DNA from: Octopus bimaculoides
Lineage: Eukaryota
DNA length: 64,000 nt
Direction of reading: 5' to 3'
Assembly: GCF_001194135.2 (NCBI RefSeq)
Contig: NC_068998.1
Span: 44,161,532 to 44,225,531, forward strand
This document shows positions 25,042 to 37,814 of the stretch, piece after piece. A model generated the notes under the pieces. It worked only from the letters and a program-made list of their open reading frames with translations. It was not told where the DNA came from and made no database searches. Numbering within the stretch: the stretch's first letter is position 1; each line of letters begins with the position of its first letter. Both the position numbers and the translations under genes were made by a program.

Positions 25042-28000
25042 ATTTAGATTTATGTTTCTCTGAGGATCATTCAGCTATCGACAGTGACACTGGTATCATT
25101 TAAAAGCTTTATTCTTTTGAAGATGTGTAAAATAAGACATCCCTTGAAAAATAGATAAAGGCTTAGTGACAGGAAGAGCATCTGACTGTAAAACAAATCC
25201 TTAATAATATATTCTTCTATCATGTAAACACAAATGTGAAATCAGACAAAAGGCACAATTAGAAATTTTATGTATGCTAAGTCAACTAGGATCTTACCTG
25301 TTCTGCATATGAATGTTCTTTTGCTTTAGTCAAAGGCATTAGAATAAAAAGCACACACACACACAAAAAAAAAGATGAAAACTGATCTCAATCTTACAAG
25401 TTTGTAAGTGCAGTTTGTATTCACCAGAAAGGAATCAATATCCTTGTAAGAAGTTAGTGAATTATATGCTTATTTTGTTTCTGATTCGATTCAGTTTGTC
25501 AGAGAAAGGTTCTGTCTATATTCAAAATGTTCTAATATACTTTTATCCTCATGAGTTTTGCAGATTTGACTATTTTAAGTAATAAAACTTTAAGTATCAC
25601 CATTAAAAGTTACAGAAAGAAGCAATAGATCCTCTCACTCACAAGAGGCCTGTTGCTCTGTTCTGTCTCAAATTGGTTCTTATGCTGTCTATTACCATTC
25701 AAATTCATAACAATTGATTCATTCATAAAAACCATTCAGTATACAATTTAGTAAACTCTGTTTATGAAAACACACTTCATCTTACTCTGTGAAATATTGG
25801 GTGGTTAAAACCAATAAGTTAGAGCTAGAAAGACGTCATTATGTTCAGTATCAATTCAATCATGTGATTTAGATTGTATCAGCTTCATCAGTATGAAGCA
25901 CAGTATAATAACCTCAGCCAAAAAAAAAAAAAAAAAGAAAATATATAGGTACTCTGTTTGTTGAAAATGTTCTCTCTTATTCCACGAAAAAAAATTCTTT
26001 CGATGAGGACTAAAATATTTTTTTGAAGATGGAAAATGTAAAACAAAAAAAAAATTGTGTTTTTATTTGTCATTTGATTCATGCTGCCAGAGGCCATTAC
26101 TTAACTTATCTACCAATTTTAGTGACTATCCTGAAATAGTTTTTCATAAGCACTGTTTATTACTATATCCTTTCATATGATCTGATGTTAGTAACAGTGC
26201 ATTAAATAAAATATAGTAATGAATTGTCTGAGATATCCATCTGTGCAGTTGTCTGTGAAATATTACATTTCATAAACACACCACAACTCACATACTCTCT
26301 TACCTACAAACCAATGTGCTCATCCAGACTGCTAGAAATAATAGCATACTCTCCCTTCAATCATATTTTACCTAGCATCTTCAAAAACAAATGGGTACAT
26401 TATATAACGTAGTTTTAGATATCTCTAAAAAGACAAGATGTTAATGGCTGGAATAATGCCTTTCATCATAGGTTTGTTTGATCAGAGTTGGACTGAAGCT
26501 AAACAACAATAACAATTCTTTCCCTAGTTTCAACCAGTTGACTGTGATTATGGTATGGTTTAGACAGCATGAAAGATGTTTCTTTTTGTTGTTATCTAGC
26601 CCAGATCAGTCCTATTTGAGCAGACATATGATCAAAATGTTCCATATTCCAGCTGTGATCATCACAGGGATATCTTTTTCTGTTTCTCCAGATAAAGTGT
26701 ATTTACAATCATTTTTATTAAGATAACAAGGTGTAATTTAAGTGCAGTCTAGCGGATTGGCCATCATATAAAGGTTTCTTTGTTGTTGCAGCCTCTTCTT
26801 TAATGCAATACAGGCATCCTCTGCATTGCATCATGAACATATTGTTGTAACATGGCGTTCCATGGTGCAACACATACTTTGCCATGGTCTTCCACAGTCG
26901 TTTTCTTTTCCATAACAAGGAAGTCAGTGGCAAAATAAGTTTCATATTTACATTATGAAACATTACAAGATTTTTAGGAGCACAATGCCTTTGTAATGTG
27001 AAGAATGTATGCAACAGTACCATCAGTCCACTAACACAATCTTTCATATGTATATACATATATGTATGTATAATATGACAAAAGATAGTAAGTGTTCAAT
27101 GAAATAACATCATAAGCTTATAAGCTTTATAAACATATAGGAAAAAGTATAGGAATATAAATGTATATACTGAAATAATTATTGTCTACAAAAAATTTTT
27201 GTTGGGTTATGAAATAAAATATTATCTAAATTTAGTTCAGTAATTGCCATTATTGGCAAAGTAACATCACCATCACCACTATTACAGATTTTAAAGTTCA
27301 CTTAATACTTATTTGATTTTTTTTTTTCCAGTCTTAATTGAAGATCCTATTATTGGGAGATTTCCAAAATTTTGCCTTTCTTGCTTGCACTAAATGGAAA
27401 GCTATTAATTATCGACAAAATAGCAATAATAATAAATAATAGCAATGATAAAAAATTACAAACATATTAATAAAATTAAAATATTTTAGCTATTTCGTTA
27501 AAAATCGGTTATGTTTATTTAGTTCTGTGGTTTTTAAATTTAAAACGAACAACGTTTAGTAAAAGAAAATAAAGGTAAAATATAATTTATTTATATCTAC
27601 TTGTTGATTCATTTTGCCAACAGGAATTTTGACAATGGAGAAATTTTGAAGAATGGAACTGAAAATTATTCTCTTTAAATTATCATCTCCTGCATAAAAA
27701 AGGGGGCATGAATAACACTTTGTATATTTCTTTACAGAAAATTTTCTAACAAAACTTTATTTCTTGAATTTTTATCATCATCATCGTTATTACTTGTGTA
27801 AGCGAAACCTTATTTCATATATTATGATGATTTTTGCAACTGTGACCTTCCATAATCTAAATGCATCATCAGCATTTATATTGAATTTATTATACATTGG
27901 TAATTCACAGCATTTCATTTAGAACTGGTCTTTACTGCTGATCTTAAATTAGAACTTAATACATATTTTAAGACTTGTCTTACATGTATAGTTCACAATA

Positions 28001-28050
28001 TACTGTTGAGAAGTGATCTATAAACCTGGTCTTCCATTATTGCATCAGAA

Positions 28051-28272
28051 TGTCCCTTTAGCATCCAGGTTACTCTGTTAAAAGTAATACTTATCTATTC
28101 ACATTTTTTTTGAATTAATCGTGCATTATCTTGTAGATTTGAGATTTCGATGATGTGATTGTGTAGCTTGTGAACGATGTAAGGTAGGTATGAGAGGCTA
28201 AATATAGCCAGTTTGAACATAAAACAAGAAGACTATTTATGCAGAATATGGCCACTTCAAATACCTAAAGAG
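28051..28272. mobile_element. Family D repeat, second copy
   Basis: ccctttagcatccag...gaattaatcgtgcattatc...atacctaaagag, homologous to 24245-24470. Confidence 0.6.
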
Positions 28273-28302
28273 ATATGATGTAGAATTGATCATAGTAAAC
28301 TA

Positions 28303-28442
28303 CAGGTTGTCCACAAAGTCTGGGTACATGGGGTGAATAAAATAACATAATCAATTAAATATAAGAAACAATAGTTTTCCTTTTTACTTTTGTTTAAAAA
28401 TATATGTTAATCCCTATGTACCCAGACTTTGTGGACACCCTG
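28303..28442. mobile_element. Tc1/mariner MITE (140 bp)
   Basis: 31-bp TIRs with 2 mismatches (caggttgtccacaaagtctgggtacatgggg / ccctatgtacccagactttgtggacaccctg) and TA duplication at 28301-02 and 28443-44. Confidence 0.95.
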
Positions 28443-29338
28443 TATATTATGAAAACGAATCTGTTTTTTTTTTTATTATTCTACAACTTTCAGTTACTGT
28501 TCTGTGGTTATGCTGGCTTTATACCTTCTAGTTAATTATAATGACCCCCTGTAGTTAACTGGTACTTATTTTATTGACCTCAGAATAATGATAAATGACA
28601 TCAAACTGGGTGTAATTTGAACTCAAACCATAAAGACATGTAACAAGATACTGTAAGGTATTTTGTATGATGGTCTACCACTTTTGCCATCCACTACCAT
28701 ATTCTAATATTTGTTGAACAGTTTTGTGACTGGTATAATCTTTACCTGTGTAAGATGCAGGTTTTAAAATTGTCTCTCCTAAAAATACAAAACAATAACT
28801 TACCTAAGAATGGCTCAGCTGGCACTATAATTCTTCTCGTTGATTCTTGAACCAAATAACAATGGCATACCTTACCACTTTAGGTTGAAGCCAATTGCAG
28901 TGATTAGTGTGACTGACTGAGATAATGAAAAGTTCATGGTTTACTTTCTTATCAATAGTTGCTATATTTAAATTCCAAGTAACTTTGTCCACTAGATGTA
29001 ATAAATGTACCCTCAATTCTGAAATCAGCATAAGCTAATGAATGTGGTCTTATATGATTGATCAAACTGCTAGAAATATTGAATATCCATCAAAGCATGC
29101 CAAGCCATCTTATTGAAATAACAAGAGACGTTGCCTGATGTAAATTCACTGTTTCAAAGTCATGATGGGGACGTCATGGCTGGAATCTTTACATACAATC
29201 TTTCAATCAGTTGACTAAATAATGGAAAGAGCAGAAGCACACTGACCCTAGTATATGAACGGCATTATATTTTATCAACCCCTGGAGCATGAGTGACATA
29301 GTTGAATTTGGCAGGATTCGAACATAGATTTCAACATA

Positions 29339-29501
29339 GGCGCAGGTGTGGCTGTGTGTTAAGTAGCTTGCTTACCAACCACATGGTTCCGGGTTCAGTC
29401 CCACTGTGTGGCACCTTGGGCAAGTGTCTTCTACTATAGCCTCGGGCCGACCAAAGCCTTGTGAGTGGATTTGGTAGATGGAAACTTAAGGAAGCCCACC
29501 G

Positions 29502-29550
<49 letters not shown>

Positions 29551-29735
29551 TTGTCCCAACATCGCTTGACAACCGATGCTGGTGTGTTTACGTCCTCGTA
29601 ACTTAGCGGTTCGGCAAAAGAGCCCGATAGAATAAGTACTAGGCTTACAAAAAATAAGTCCTGGGGTCGATTTGCTCGACTAAAGGTGGTGCTCCAGCAT
29701 GGCTGCAGTCAAATGACTGAAACAAGTAAAAGAGT
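29339..29735 (+). mobile_element. SINE family A, full-length young-looking copy
   Basis: Complete head, CORE-like box, TA spacer and tail; retains many CpGs (ctcgggccgacc, ggttcggc, gtcgatttgctcgac). Confidence 0.95.
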
Positions 29736-30243
29736 ATAGAATTTAAAGGGCCATGGCTAAATATACTGAAAGATATTTTATCCAACTGTCTTATTGATGT
29801 TGTGAATCCCCTGCGTCAGAAATACTCTATCATTGATAAGTTTGTTTGTAATAGTGAATTCAAGTCTTCCTATAAACTTGATCCTGGCCCAGACTGAAAT
29901 GCCAGACACTGTGACCTCTGCTTTAATAAACTTACCACTACCATCAACAACAAAAGGAAAAAAAGAAGCATCAAATATGCCAAAGTAGGACTTGGTTGGA
30001 TCAAATCTTTTCACTTTCTATCATTTGATTTCTATTGATAAATACCATCTCTAATAAATTGAATTGTTTTCCTTGTTGACTCAGTGAAAAATTAAGGAGC
30101 CAGCTGCAGCCTTGTTGCAGATGATAGCCCAGTTTGCCATAATTTCACAATGTCGATTGCAGCGAAACCAATCAGAATATTGATGATATCTTTATAGTTT
30201 TTTTGGTTTTTCTTTTTCTTTTTCTTCCTAATCAATATATCAG

Positions 30244-30329
30244 CTTCTGCATCGATGATCAATGTCGATAGCGAATATATTGAACAACAAACTGCTGTAG
30301 TGAATAACATACTACCTTGTGTTACCTGA
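30244..30329 (+). other. Candidate exon after a strong 3' splice site; only long frame reads xSASMINVDSEYIEQQTAVVNNILPCVT-stop
   Basis: Long Y tract tttttctttttctttttcttcc, ctaat branch-like motif, cAG at 30241-43, and locally CpG-rich sequence. No recognisable homology. Confidence 0.25.
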
Positions 30330-31397
30330 AAATGAAGACTAACCACCAAGTAATTATCAACCACTAGCTCTAGTACTGGTGATCAACACCTAGAAAACTT
30401 TGATTGAGACTGTCTCCTAGGTTTGATTTTCACTTCTCCCTATATTTTTACTTAGTCTACTATAATCTTCTTTGTCAAAGGAAATTAATGTCAAAATGCA
30501 CATGCTTTTTTTGTTTTATCTAATTCATTGAAGAGACATAAAATCAATTATTTCGCCCATCTTACCAGGAAGTGCTTAGGTTTTTGTGTTTAATAGATAT
30601 TTGCATTTGTCAGGCTAGTAATTATTGCTAAGGCTTATTTTTACTTACTTAATAATTCTGTAACACATTCCGCTATAAATAATGCCATTGGTTACCAGTA
30701 CTTAACAAACCAATCACTGGTTCATTGCATTTCTGAAAGAATGAATGACAAGCGAGTTTCTGTATATCATAGTAGAAAGCAAATTTCAACAGAGTACTTT
30801 TTTCATTGGTATTCATGTCCTTTATTGATGATATACATTGGCAAAAAGGCACCAAATCATAAACATATATGCATAAAACAAGTACCAGAGTGACATTAGA
30901 ACTGAGAGGGATAGGATCAGCTAAAGTCATCAAGGTGGTGTTCTAGATGGTCTTCCAGGTGGTGTTCCAAGGTGGTGTCCAATGACTAAAACCAGTAAAG
31001 GAATATAAGCATACATGTTTATATGATGGGATTCTGTACACTTTCTATCTACTGAATTCTATTCAAGAAGCATTGGACAACCTTAGGTTAGGAGAGAAGA
31101 CTCTGGCCCATGGTGATACACAGTGGCATCAAAAAAACCTAGAATCATATAATTGTGAAGCAATTTTTTTAAACCATACTGATGTGCCATTTTGCAATCA
31201 AGCTTTTTTTCCCCACACTCTAAGGATTTCCCTTTATTTATTGCGATATGGTGAAGAGAAAGGCATCACAAAATCCTGATCTCTACTCTTACTAAAAATT
31301 ATTCTGCAGAAGTGAAGGATGGTGAGGGCAAACCATTCGACAGCTTTCTCATAAGTGATAAGGTAAAATCTCCTATAATGAATTCATTGAATTTTTA

Positions 31398-31773
31398 GAC
31401 GCAGGAGTGGCTGTGTGGTAAGTAGCTTGCTTATCAACCACATGGTTCCAGGTTCAGTCCCACTACGTGGCACTTTGGGCAAGTGTCTTCTACTATAGCC
31501 TCTGGCCGACCAAAGCCTTGTGAGTGGATNNNNNNNNNNNNTGTGTGTGTGTGTGTGTGTGTATGTTTCTGTCTGTGTTTGTCCCCTCAACATCGCTTGA
31601 CAACCGATGCTGGTGTGTTTACGTCCCCGTAACTTAGCGGTTCGGCAAAAGAGACCGATAGAATAAGTACTAGGCTTACAAAGAATAAGTCTTGGGGTCA
31701 ATTCGCTTGACTAAAAGGCGGTGCTCCAGCATGGCCGCAGTCAAATGACTGAAACAAGCAAAAGAGAAAAAGA
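31398..31773 (+). mobile_element. SINE family A, full-length copy (gap 31530-31541)
   Basis: Same head and tail motifs as 29339. Confidence 0.94.
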
Positions 31774-32990
31774 ATCAACAGCTAGTTTGCCATTTGATTG
31801 CTACTAGACCTTTCTGGGAAAGAAAAAATTAGCAATAATTGAACCAAGTGGAGGTTTTTCTCTGAATTGTTTTATTCTCCAAAAGCTACTTTAGGGATTT
31901 GAAACATTTTATCAAATTATTTATCCTTTTTAGATTACTATTTTCTAGATTTTCAACCTCATCTTTAAAGACTTTTCCAATCTCTACCTGACAACTGTAT
32001 TTTGCTTGATTTGATCTCTGATCATGACCAGGTGATATATTCACAGATGTGTGTAAATACCACATAGATTCAAACCAATTGAAACTTATTGTAGATGTAA
32101 ATATTAAAAGACCTCTCATCCGTAAAGATGAAATTAATAGTCCGAAAAATTATAATCTTATTAAAAACAATTTCTCTTCGACATTCAGATATTGATCTAC
32201 ACTTTGTTGTTTTATTTATTTTCTGTTTTTCTTTTTAGTGCCGACTCTAGTATTCATAATAATGATAATGCGGTTAGATTGGTCGACGTGTTCTTATAAA
32301 ATGACATCCACTTAATAAAATGTGATTTCTTGTGTGTGATTGTGGAATGTTGTTTGTGTCTTTTTCTTCTTTTTAATACATAAACGAGAGCTAGAAAACA
32401 GCACTTAGTCTTAGAGATGAGAAAAGGGGATGAAGTTACCCTCAGACAGGAGTTCTAGACAAATTAATTACTAAAGTCATTTACAAGTATTAAAACTGTC
32501 CTCGCATTACGTCTGCTTCCCAACAGCAGGTGCAGCATCTCTCTGTGAAATTGCTTCACAATTTTCATTCTCGAAATGTAAAAAGCTGTAGTAAACTTGA
32601 CATTAAAGTAGCACAGACACTTGCCCATGGTGTTGCATAGTTGCACCAAACCCCAAGCCATGTAACTTCTTACACTGACACACATAACCTTTGCTTTACA
32701 TGAACAAAGGTCATATGTCACCGAGTCTGGTGAAAAGACCAGGAAAACGAAACAGTATTCTCTTTATGATAGAAAACATTTAAACAGACTAAATGTTGCT
32801 ATTTCCTTTGCAGACATTGACTGTCCGTGAGTTGGTGTATATTGTTAGATATTTATGATGTCAAGCAGATAAGAGATATATGCTCCTCCCCCTTGGTAGG
32901 ACACTAATTTATCATAAATTGATTTAGATTTCAGGAAAGCTAAGCACTGTATTGAGGATCTTCAGTCATTAATTTGATGATCCTACTACT

Positions 32991-33362
32991 GCGGAGGTGC
33001 AATGGCCAAGTGGTTAGGGCAGCGGACTCGCGGTTTCGATCCGCAGACCGGACATTGTGAGTGTTTATTGAGCGAAAACACCTAAAGCTCCACAAGGCTC
33101 CGGCAGGGGATGGTGGTGAACCCTGCTGTACTCTTTCACCACAACTTTCTCTCACTCTTACTTCCTGTTTCTGTTGTGCCTGTAATTCAAAGGGTCAGCC
33201 TTGTCACACTGTGTCACGCTGAATATCCCCGAGAACTACGTTAAGGGTACACGTGTCTGTGGAGTGCTCAGCCACTTGCACGTTAATTTCACGAGCAGGC
33301 TGTTCCGTTGATCGGATCAACTGGAACCCTCGACATTGTAAGCGACGGAGTGCAACAACAAC
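32991..33362 (+). mobile_element. tRNA-derived SINE, distinct family with (CAA)n tail, inserted in a (CTA)n microsatellite
   Basis: A box tggccaagtgg, B-box-like ggtttcgatcc, GC-rich body, tail tgcaacaacaaca; flanked by ctactact on both sides. Confidence 0.85.
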
Positions 33363-33365
33363 AGA

Positions 33366-33415
<50 letters not shown>

Positions 33416-34782
33416 GCAGTTCTTACTTTGTTCTAAGCGTTCTCAACTGCTGAGAGTTAAATGGTTTTCTGACTGCTAGCACAATCTAGTTCCAGTGTCT
33501 ATATGTCTATATGCACACCATTAATTAATTTCTTGTCTAGTTGCTTTTTTTTTTTCAACTTAACCATCTCTACTATTTCTATTAGTAGAAGAAAATAGGA
33601 AACCATTCCTGTGTACTCTAAATATGAGCCATCATGGAATTTCTCATCATGAAGCTACATCTGGAAACGTATGGTGGTTAAAAACAAAAGATAAAAAATA
33701 ATTCAACTAGTTTCACTGTTATCTTGATCCCACACAGAATATAAAACTGTGTTGATTATTTTAACCGCTCGTTCAGAGTTACTGATAACACGAGAAGGTT
33801 AATTTGGTATTAATAGATTTTATTATTGCCATTGAATCCAAGATGAGAAATATAAATGTCATTCTATTTTTATAGAACAAATCCACTAATCTTGATCATT
33901 GTGCTATTAATAACAGTCTTGTTCTCAGTCAAAGACAAATTAAATTTATAAAAATTCAATCCATCTCAGTAAAGTATGTTCCAATAAGTCTCCCACACAT
34001 GTGTTTAGATTTATGTGTGTGTATGTGCATGAGAGCTTTTTGTTTTCGTTGTTGCTTTTTTTTTTTTATGTGTGTATGTGCATGAGAGCTTTTTGTTTTC
34101 GTTGTTGCTTTTTTTTTTGTATGTGTGTATATCTGCACTTTATAAAGCAATAGAGAAATGCACGAATGCTTGTATAAAAGTGTATGAGTGTGCCAGCATT
34201 GCGAAAATGTTCTTTAAATGAACAGTGTGACTTTCTGCTTTTGTTTCTTAATTCTTAATTAATTGGGATAAATTACATTTCAAATTAAATGTGTATTTTT
34301 TTTTAAATATTTCTTCTTTTCATTTATTAATCTATTACTTTCATTGCTAATTATATTCCTCAATTGGATGGATGGATGGTGAATTCACAGAATCAATAAA
34401 CTGTAAAACCAAATACATTGTGGGGTTTTTTATTGACATCCACTTAAGTAGTGAGTTCACATCCTACCAGGATAAGAGTTTTGCTTGGCATCCCTTTGGA
34501 GCTAATAAAATAAGTAACACACTTCTCTTCTCACAAAATTCTTGGCTTTCATTTCTTGTAAGAAATCTTTATTAACACACACACCTATCATCGTAAACCT
34601 ATATATATATATATATATATATTTAGCTGAAACAATAGAGTGACTCAAGAGTCGAGAGTCTTGTGCATTGGTGCTACTCATATTTTGAGTTCTATTTTTC
34701 TGTTTGCATCATCATACCTATATATATATATATGTGTGTGTGTGTGTATATATAGATATATATAGATATATACATGTATATT

Positions 34783-34827
<45 letters not shown>

Positions 34828-35874
34828 NNNNNNNNNNNNNNNNNNNNNNNNNNNNNNNNNNNNNNNNNNNNNNNNNNNNNNNNNNNNNNNNNNNNNNNNN
34901 NNNNNNNNNNNNNNNNNNNNNNNNNNNNNNNNNNNNNNNNNNNNNNNNNNNNNNNNNNNNNNNNNNNNNNNNNNNNNNNNNNNNNNNNNNNNNNNNNNNN
35001 NNNNNNNNNNNNNNNNNNNNNNNNNNNNNNNNNNNNNNNNNNNNNNNTATATATATATATATATATATATATATACAAGCTGAATTAGCCAGTAATACTT
35101 GGAAAAACAGGGGTTATTTCCAGTTACCATACCCTTTACACTTTTTCATGTCCTATCCTGTTCCCTGTTCAGTTTCTGTTTTAGTTTCGCTCCCATTCCT
35201 ATCTCCAATCCTATGTCAATATATCAATTTTAGAATCAGTTCGATTTAATTAAGCCATTAAATATTTTATTAGCATTTATGGAAATAATTTATTGCTAAA
35301 AGTAGGTATTACAAACTATTAATATGATTAGTGGGTGAATAAAGAATGTCCCTATATTATTTTAACAAGCAAATATGCATTTGAGTGAAATAAATTAGAT
35401 AAACAGATAGTAATACCAGGAAAGTGGGGGGGGAGGGGGTATCCCCAGTTCCTGTTTACCATTACACTGTTCCATATCCTATTTCATTTCCTGTTCAGTT
35501 CCTGTCTTTATGCCCAACTCAGTGTTTATGGCAATAGTTTATTTCTAAAAATAGGTATTACAAACTATCAATTCACTTAGTGGGTGAATAAGGAATGTCC
35601 CTATATTATTTTAACAAACAAATATGCAGCTGAATAAGATAAATTAGATAAATAGATAGATTTACTAAAGCATTGACAAATAGTCCACATTTTGTAACTG
35701 CATCGTCGCATGTTATAGCTTATAGTAACTGATTTGTAAAGGTGCTACATTCCCTCTCCCTAGAGGGCCTATTATAGATTTTTATTGAAATTCAGTTGGC
35801 CTATAATTTCACCAGTCAGCTATATTCTTCACCTATGTACATTAGTGAAAGATATATATATATATATATATATA

Positions 35875-36040
35875 TCATCATCATCATCGTCATTGTCATT
35901 TGACATCCATTATCCATGGTGGCATGTGTTGAAGGGTTTGTTTGGGTTGGAAGGCTGCACCAAAATCCGATCTCATGTGGCATGTTTTCTATGGTTGGAT
36001 GCCCTTTTAATGCCAACCACTCTGAGAGCTTGATGGGTCT
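35875..36040 (-). mobile_element. Family C short retroelement (RTE-like (GAT)n tail), diverged
   Basis: catcatcatc tail, ccatggtggcatgtgttg, ggatgcccttttaatgccaaccact motif shared with 49461 and 54156. Confidence 0.7.
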
Positions 36041-37745
36041 TCTTCTCAAGAGCAATAACTGTAGGATGCTGTGTGTCCTAGAAATCAAGTAGTGGAAATC
36101 AAAGTGGCATAGTTTTGGAAATAAATTACTGGTATTACTCCTCCAGTATTGTCAGTTCATATCACTATGGTGACAGACCTGACAAAAAAAAAAAGGACTC
36201 AGAATTTAGCAGACAAAACATACAAATGAGATGAAAATTGAGAGGTTTCTACACAGTTTCCATCTACAAATTTCCAATCACAAAATCACAAGTTCAAATT
36301 GATATTTTTCTAGGAGACATTTGCCAAGGTGCTGTTCTATGAGATTGAACATAGAATACACCATACTTGCAATGCAAACTTCTATGCCACACAGTAATGC
36401 TTGCTTCCATTTTAATTCAATAGACTTTAGCCATTCCTAACAAATAGATTTTCATGCATCACCTACTACAAAAGTGTCACCTGGTGCCTATCTATTAAAT
36501 TATTATTGAATTTTGTTTTCAATTTCTTTTTCATAAATATCATTGATTAATTGATTTTCATATCGTAATCTTTGCTCTATCAAACACATAGCACCACTTT
36601 ACCTATACATAACCCCCTTCTATATATTTTTTCTCTTTCTTTTATTATTAAATATCTTTTCTATAGACATTTCTCTAGATGTGGCAGACAAACCAATGTT
36701 TATTGGGTTGTTGTTATTGCTGCTGTTGTTGTTGTTGTTGTCATCGTCGTTGAAGCGTATTTGTTTTATTTTATTTTTATAAGCATTTAATTTTTGAGAT
36801 CAAATACACTCATTAACTTTCATGTTTTTTAGGAAATCACATACAATTAATTCAGGGTATCAAATGACAGCAGTTAATAGAATTCACAGAAGCTGGGGAA
36901 TATATGCTACCAAAAATTGATTTTTCTCCCTTTCCTCACCCCACCCTTTCTTCATCTTCGTTTTCTTCTACTTTCACCCATACTACAAGTTGAATCACTC
37001 AATTAACTGCTAATATTTTTCTGATGTCAGCAGCTAATATAAATCTGCTAAACAAATTGGTTTTTCTTGTACAAAGATCAAAATCGGTTTTAGTATATGA
37101 CTTTCTCTCCCTTTCCTCTACCTTCTCCTTCCTCTACCCCCCCCTCTCTCTCTCACACACACACACACACACTCATAGCTACTATACACAATTCTGTTAT
37201 GTTACATTTCTGGAATGAATTTCTTAGTTTTAATAGAATTGTAAACAAATATTTAGTGGATATTTGCTGAGATGGTAGGTGTCGTCCAGCTGGATTGTTG
37301 GACTATAATTAATTTAGTATTTCTCAGTTTTCTATTCAAATAGCCACAAAAGATGAATGAATGTAAATTTGGATTTTATTCATTCAAGGACGGAAGATGA
37401 AAACCATGGACTTGGTTGTTTGACCTCAAGTGAGCCTTAGACAAACAGTCCTGTTATCGAAGATATTCTAGCCATGTCCATCCTATCATTTCAGAGGCAT
37501 CTTATACTTGTTCCAGTCATTGAATAGTGGCTATGCTGGAGCACAAATCAATCCTAAAACTAATTTTTTAAACTCGGCACTAACTGTATCAGTAACTTTT
37601 TTCTAAAGCAGTAGATTACAGGGACAAACCAACATTGGTTGTCAGACAGACACAGGAAACGGAAGATATGAGAAAGTTTATTAATCACTGTGAAGTGAAC
37701 ATGCTTTACTGTTAAGCTACCAGGTGAATACCATACGATTTATTT

Positions 37746-37814
<69 letters not shown>

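Noticed and set aside
26718-27059. 113-aa minus ORF, the longest non-repeat ORF in the track
   Set aside because: It starts in a microsatellite, has no recognisable motif, and has no convincing splice sites.
29778-30014. 78-aa minus ORF (MKRFDPTKSYFGIFD...)
   Set aside because: No recognisable domain, and it contains a strong internal donor. Joining it to a Wnt-like SIRWLG stretch near 29100 hits a stop immediately, and I found no Cys-rich Wnt exons.
30092-30310. Minus-strand 72-aa ORF resembling a signal peptide plus cationic (KKKKKK) antimicrobial peptide
   Set aside because: The Lys run is simply the antisense of a plus-strand polypyrimidine tract before an AG. There is no other support.
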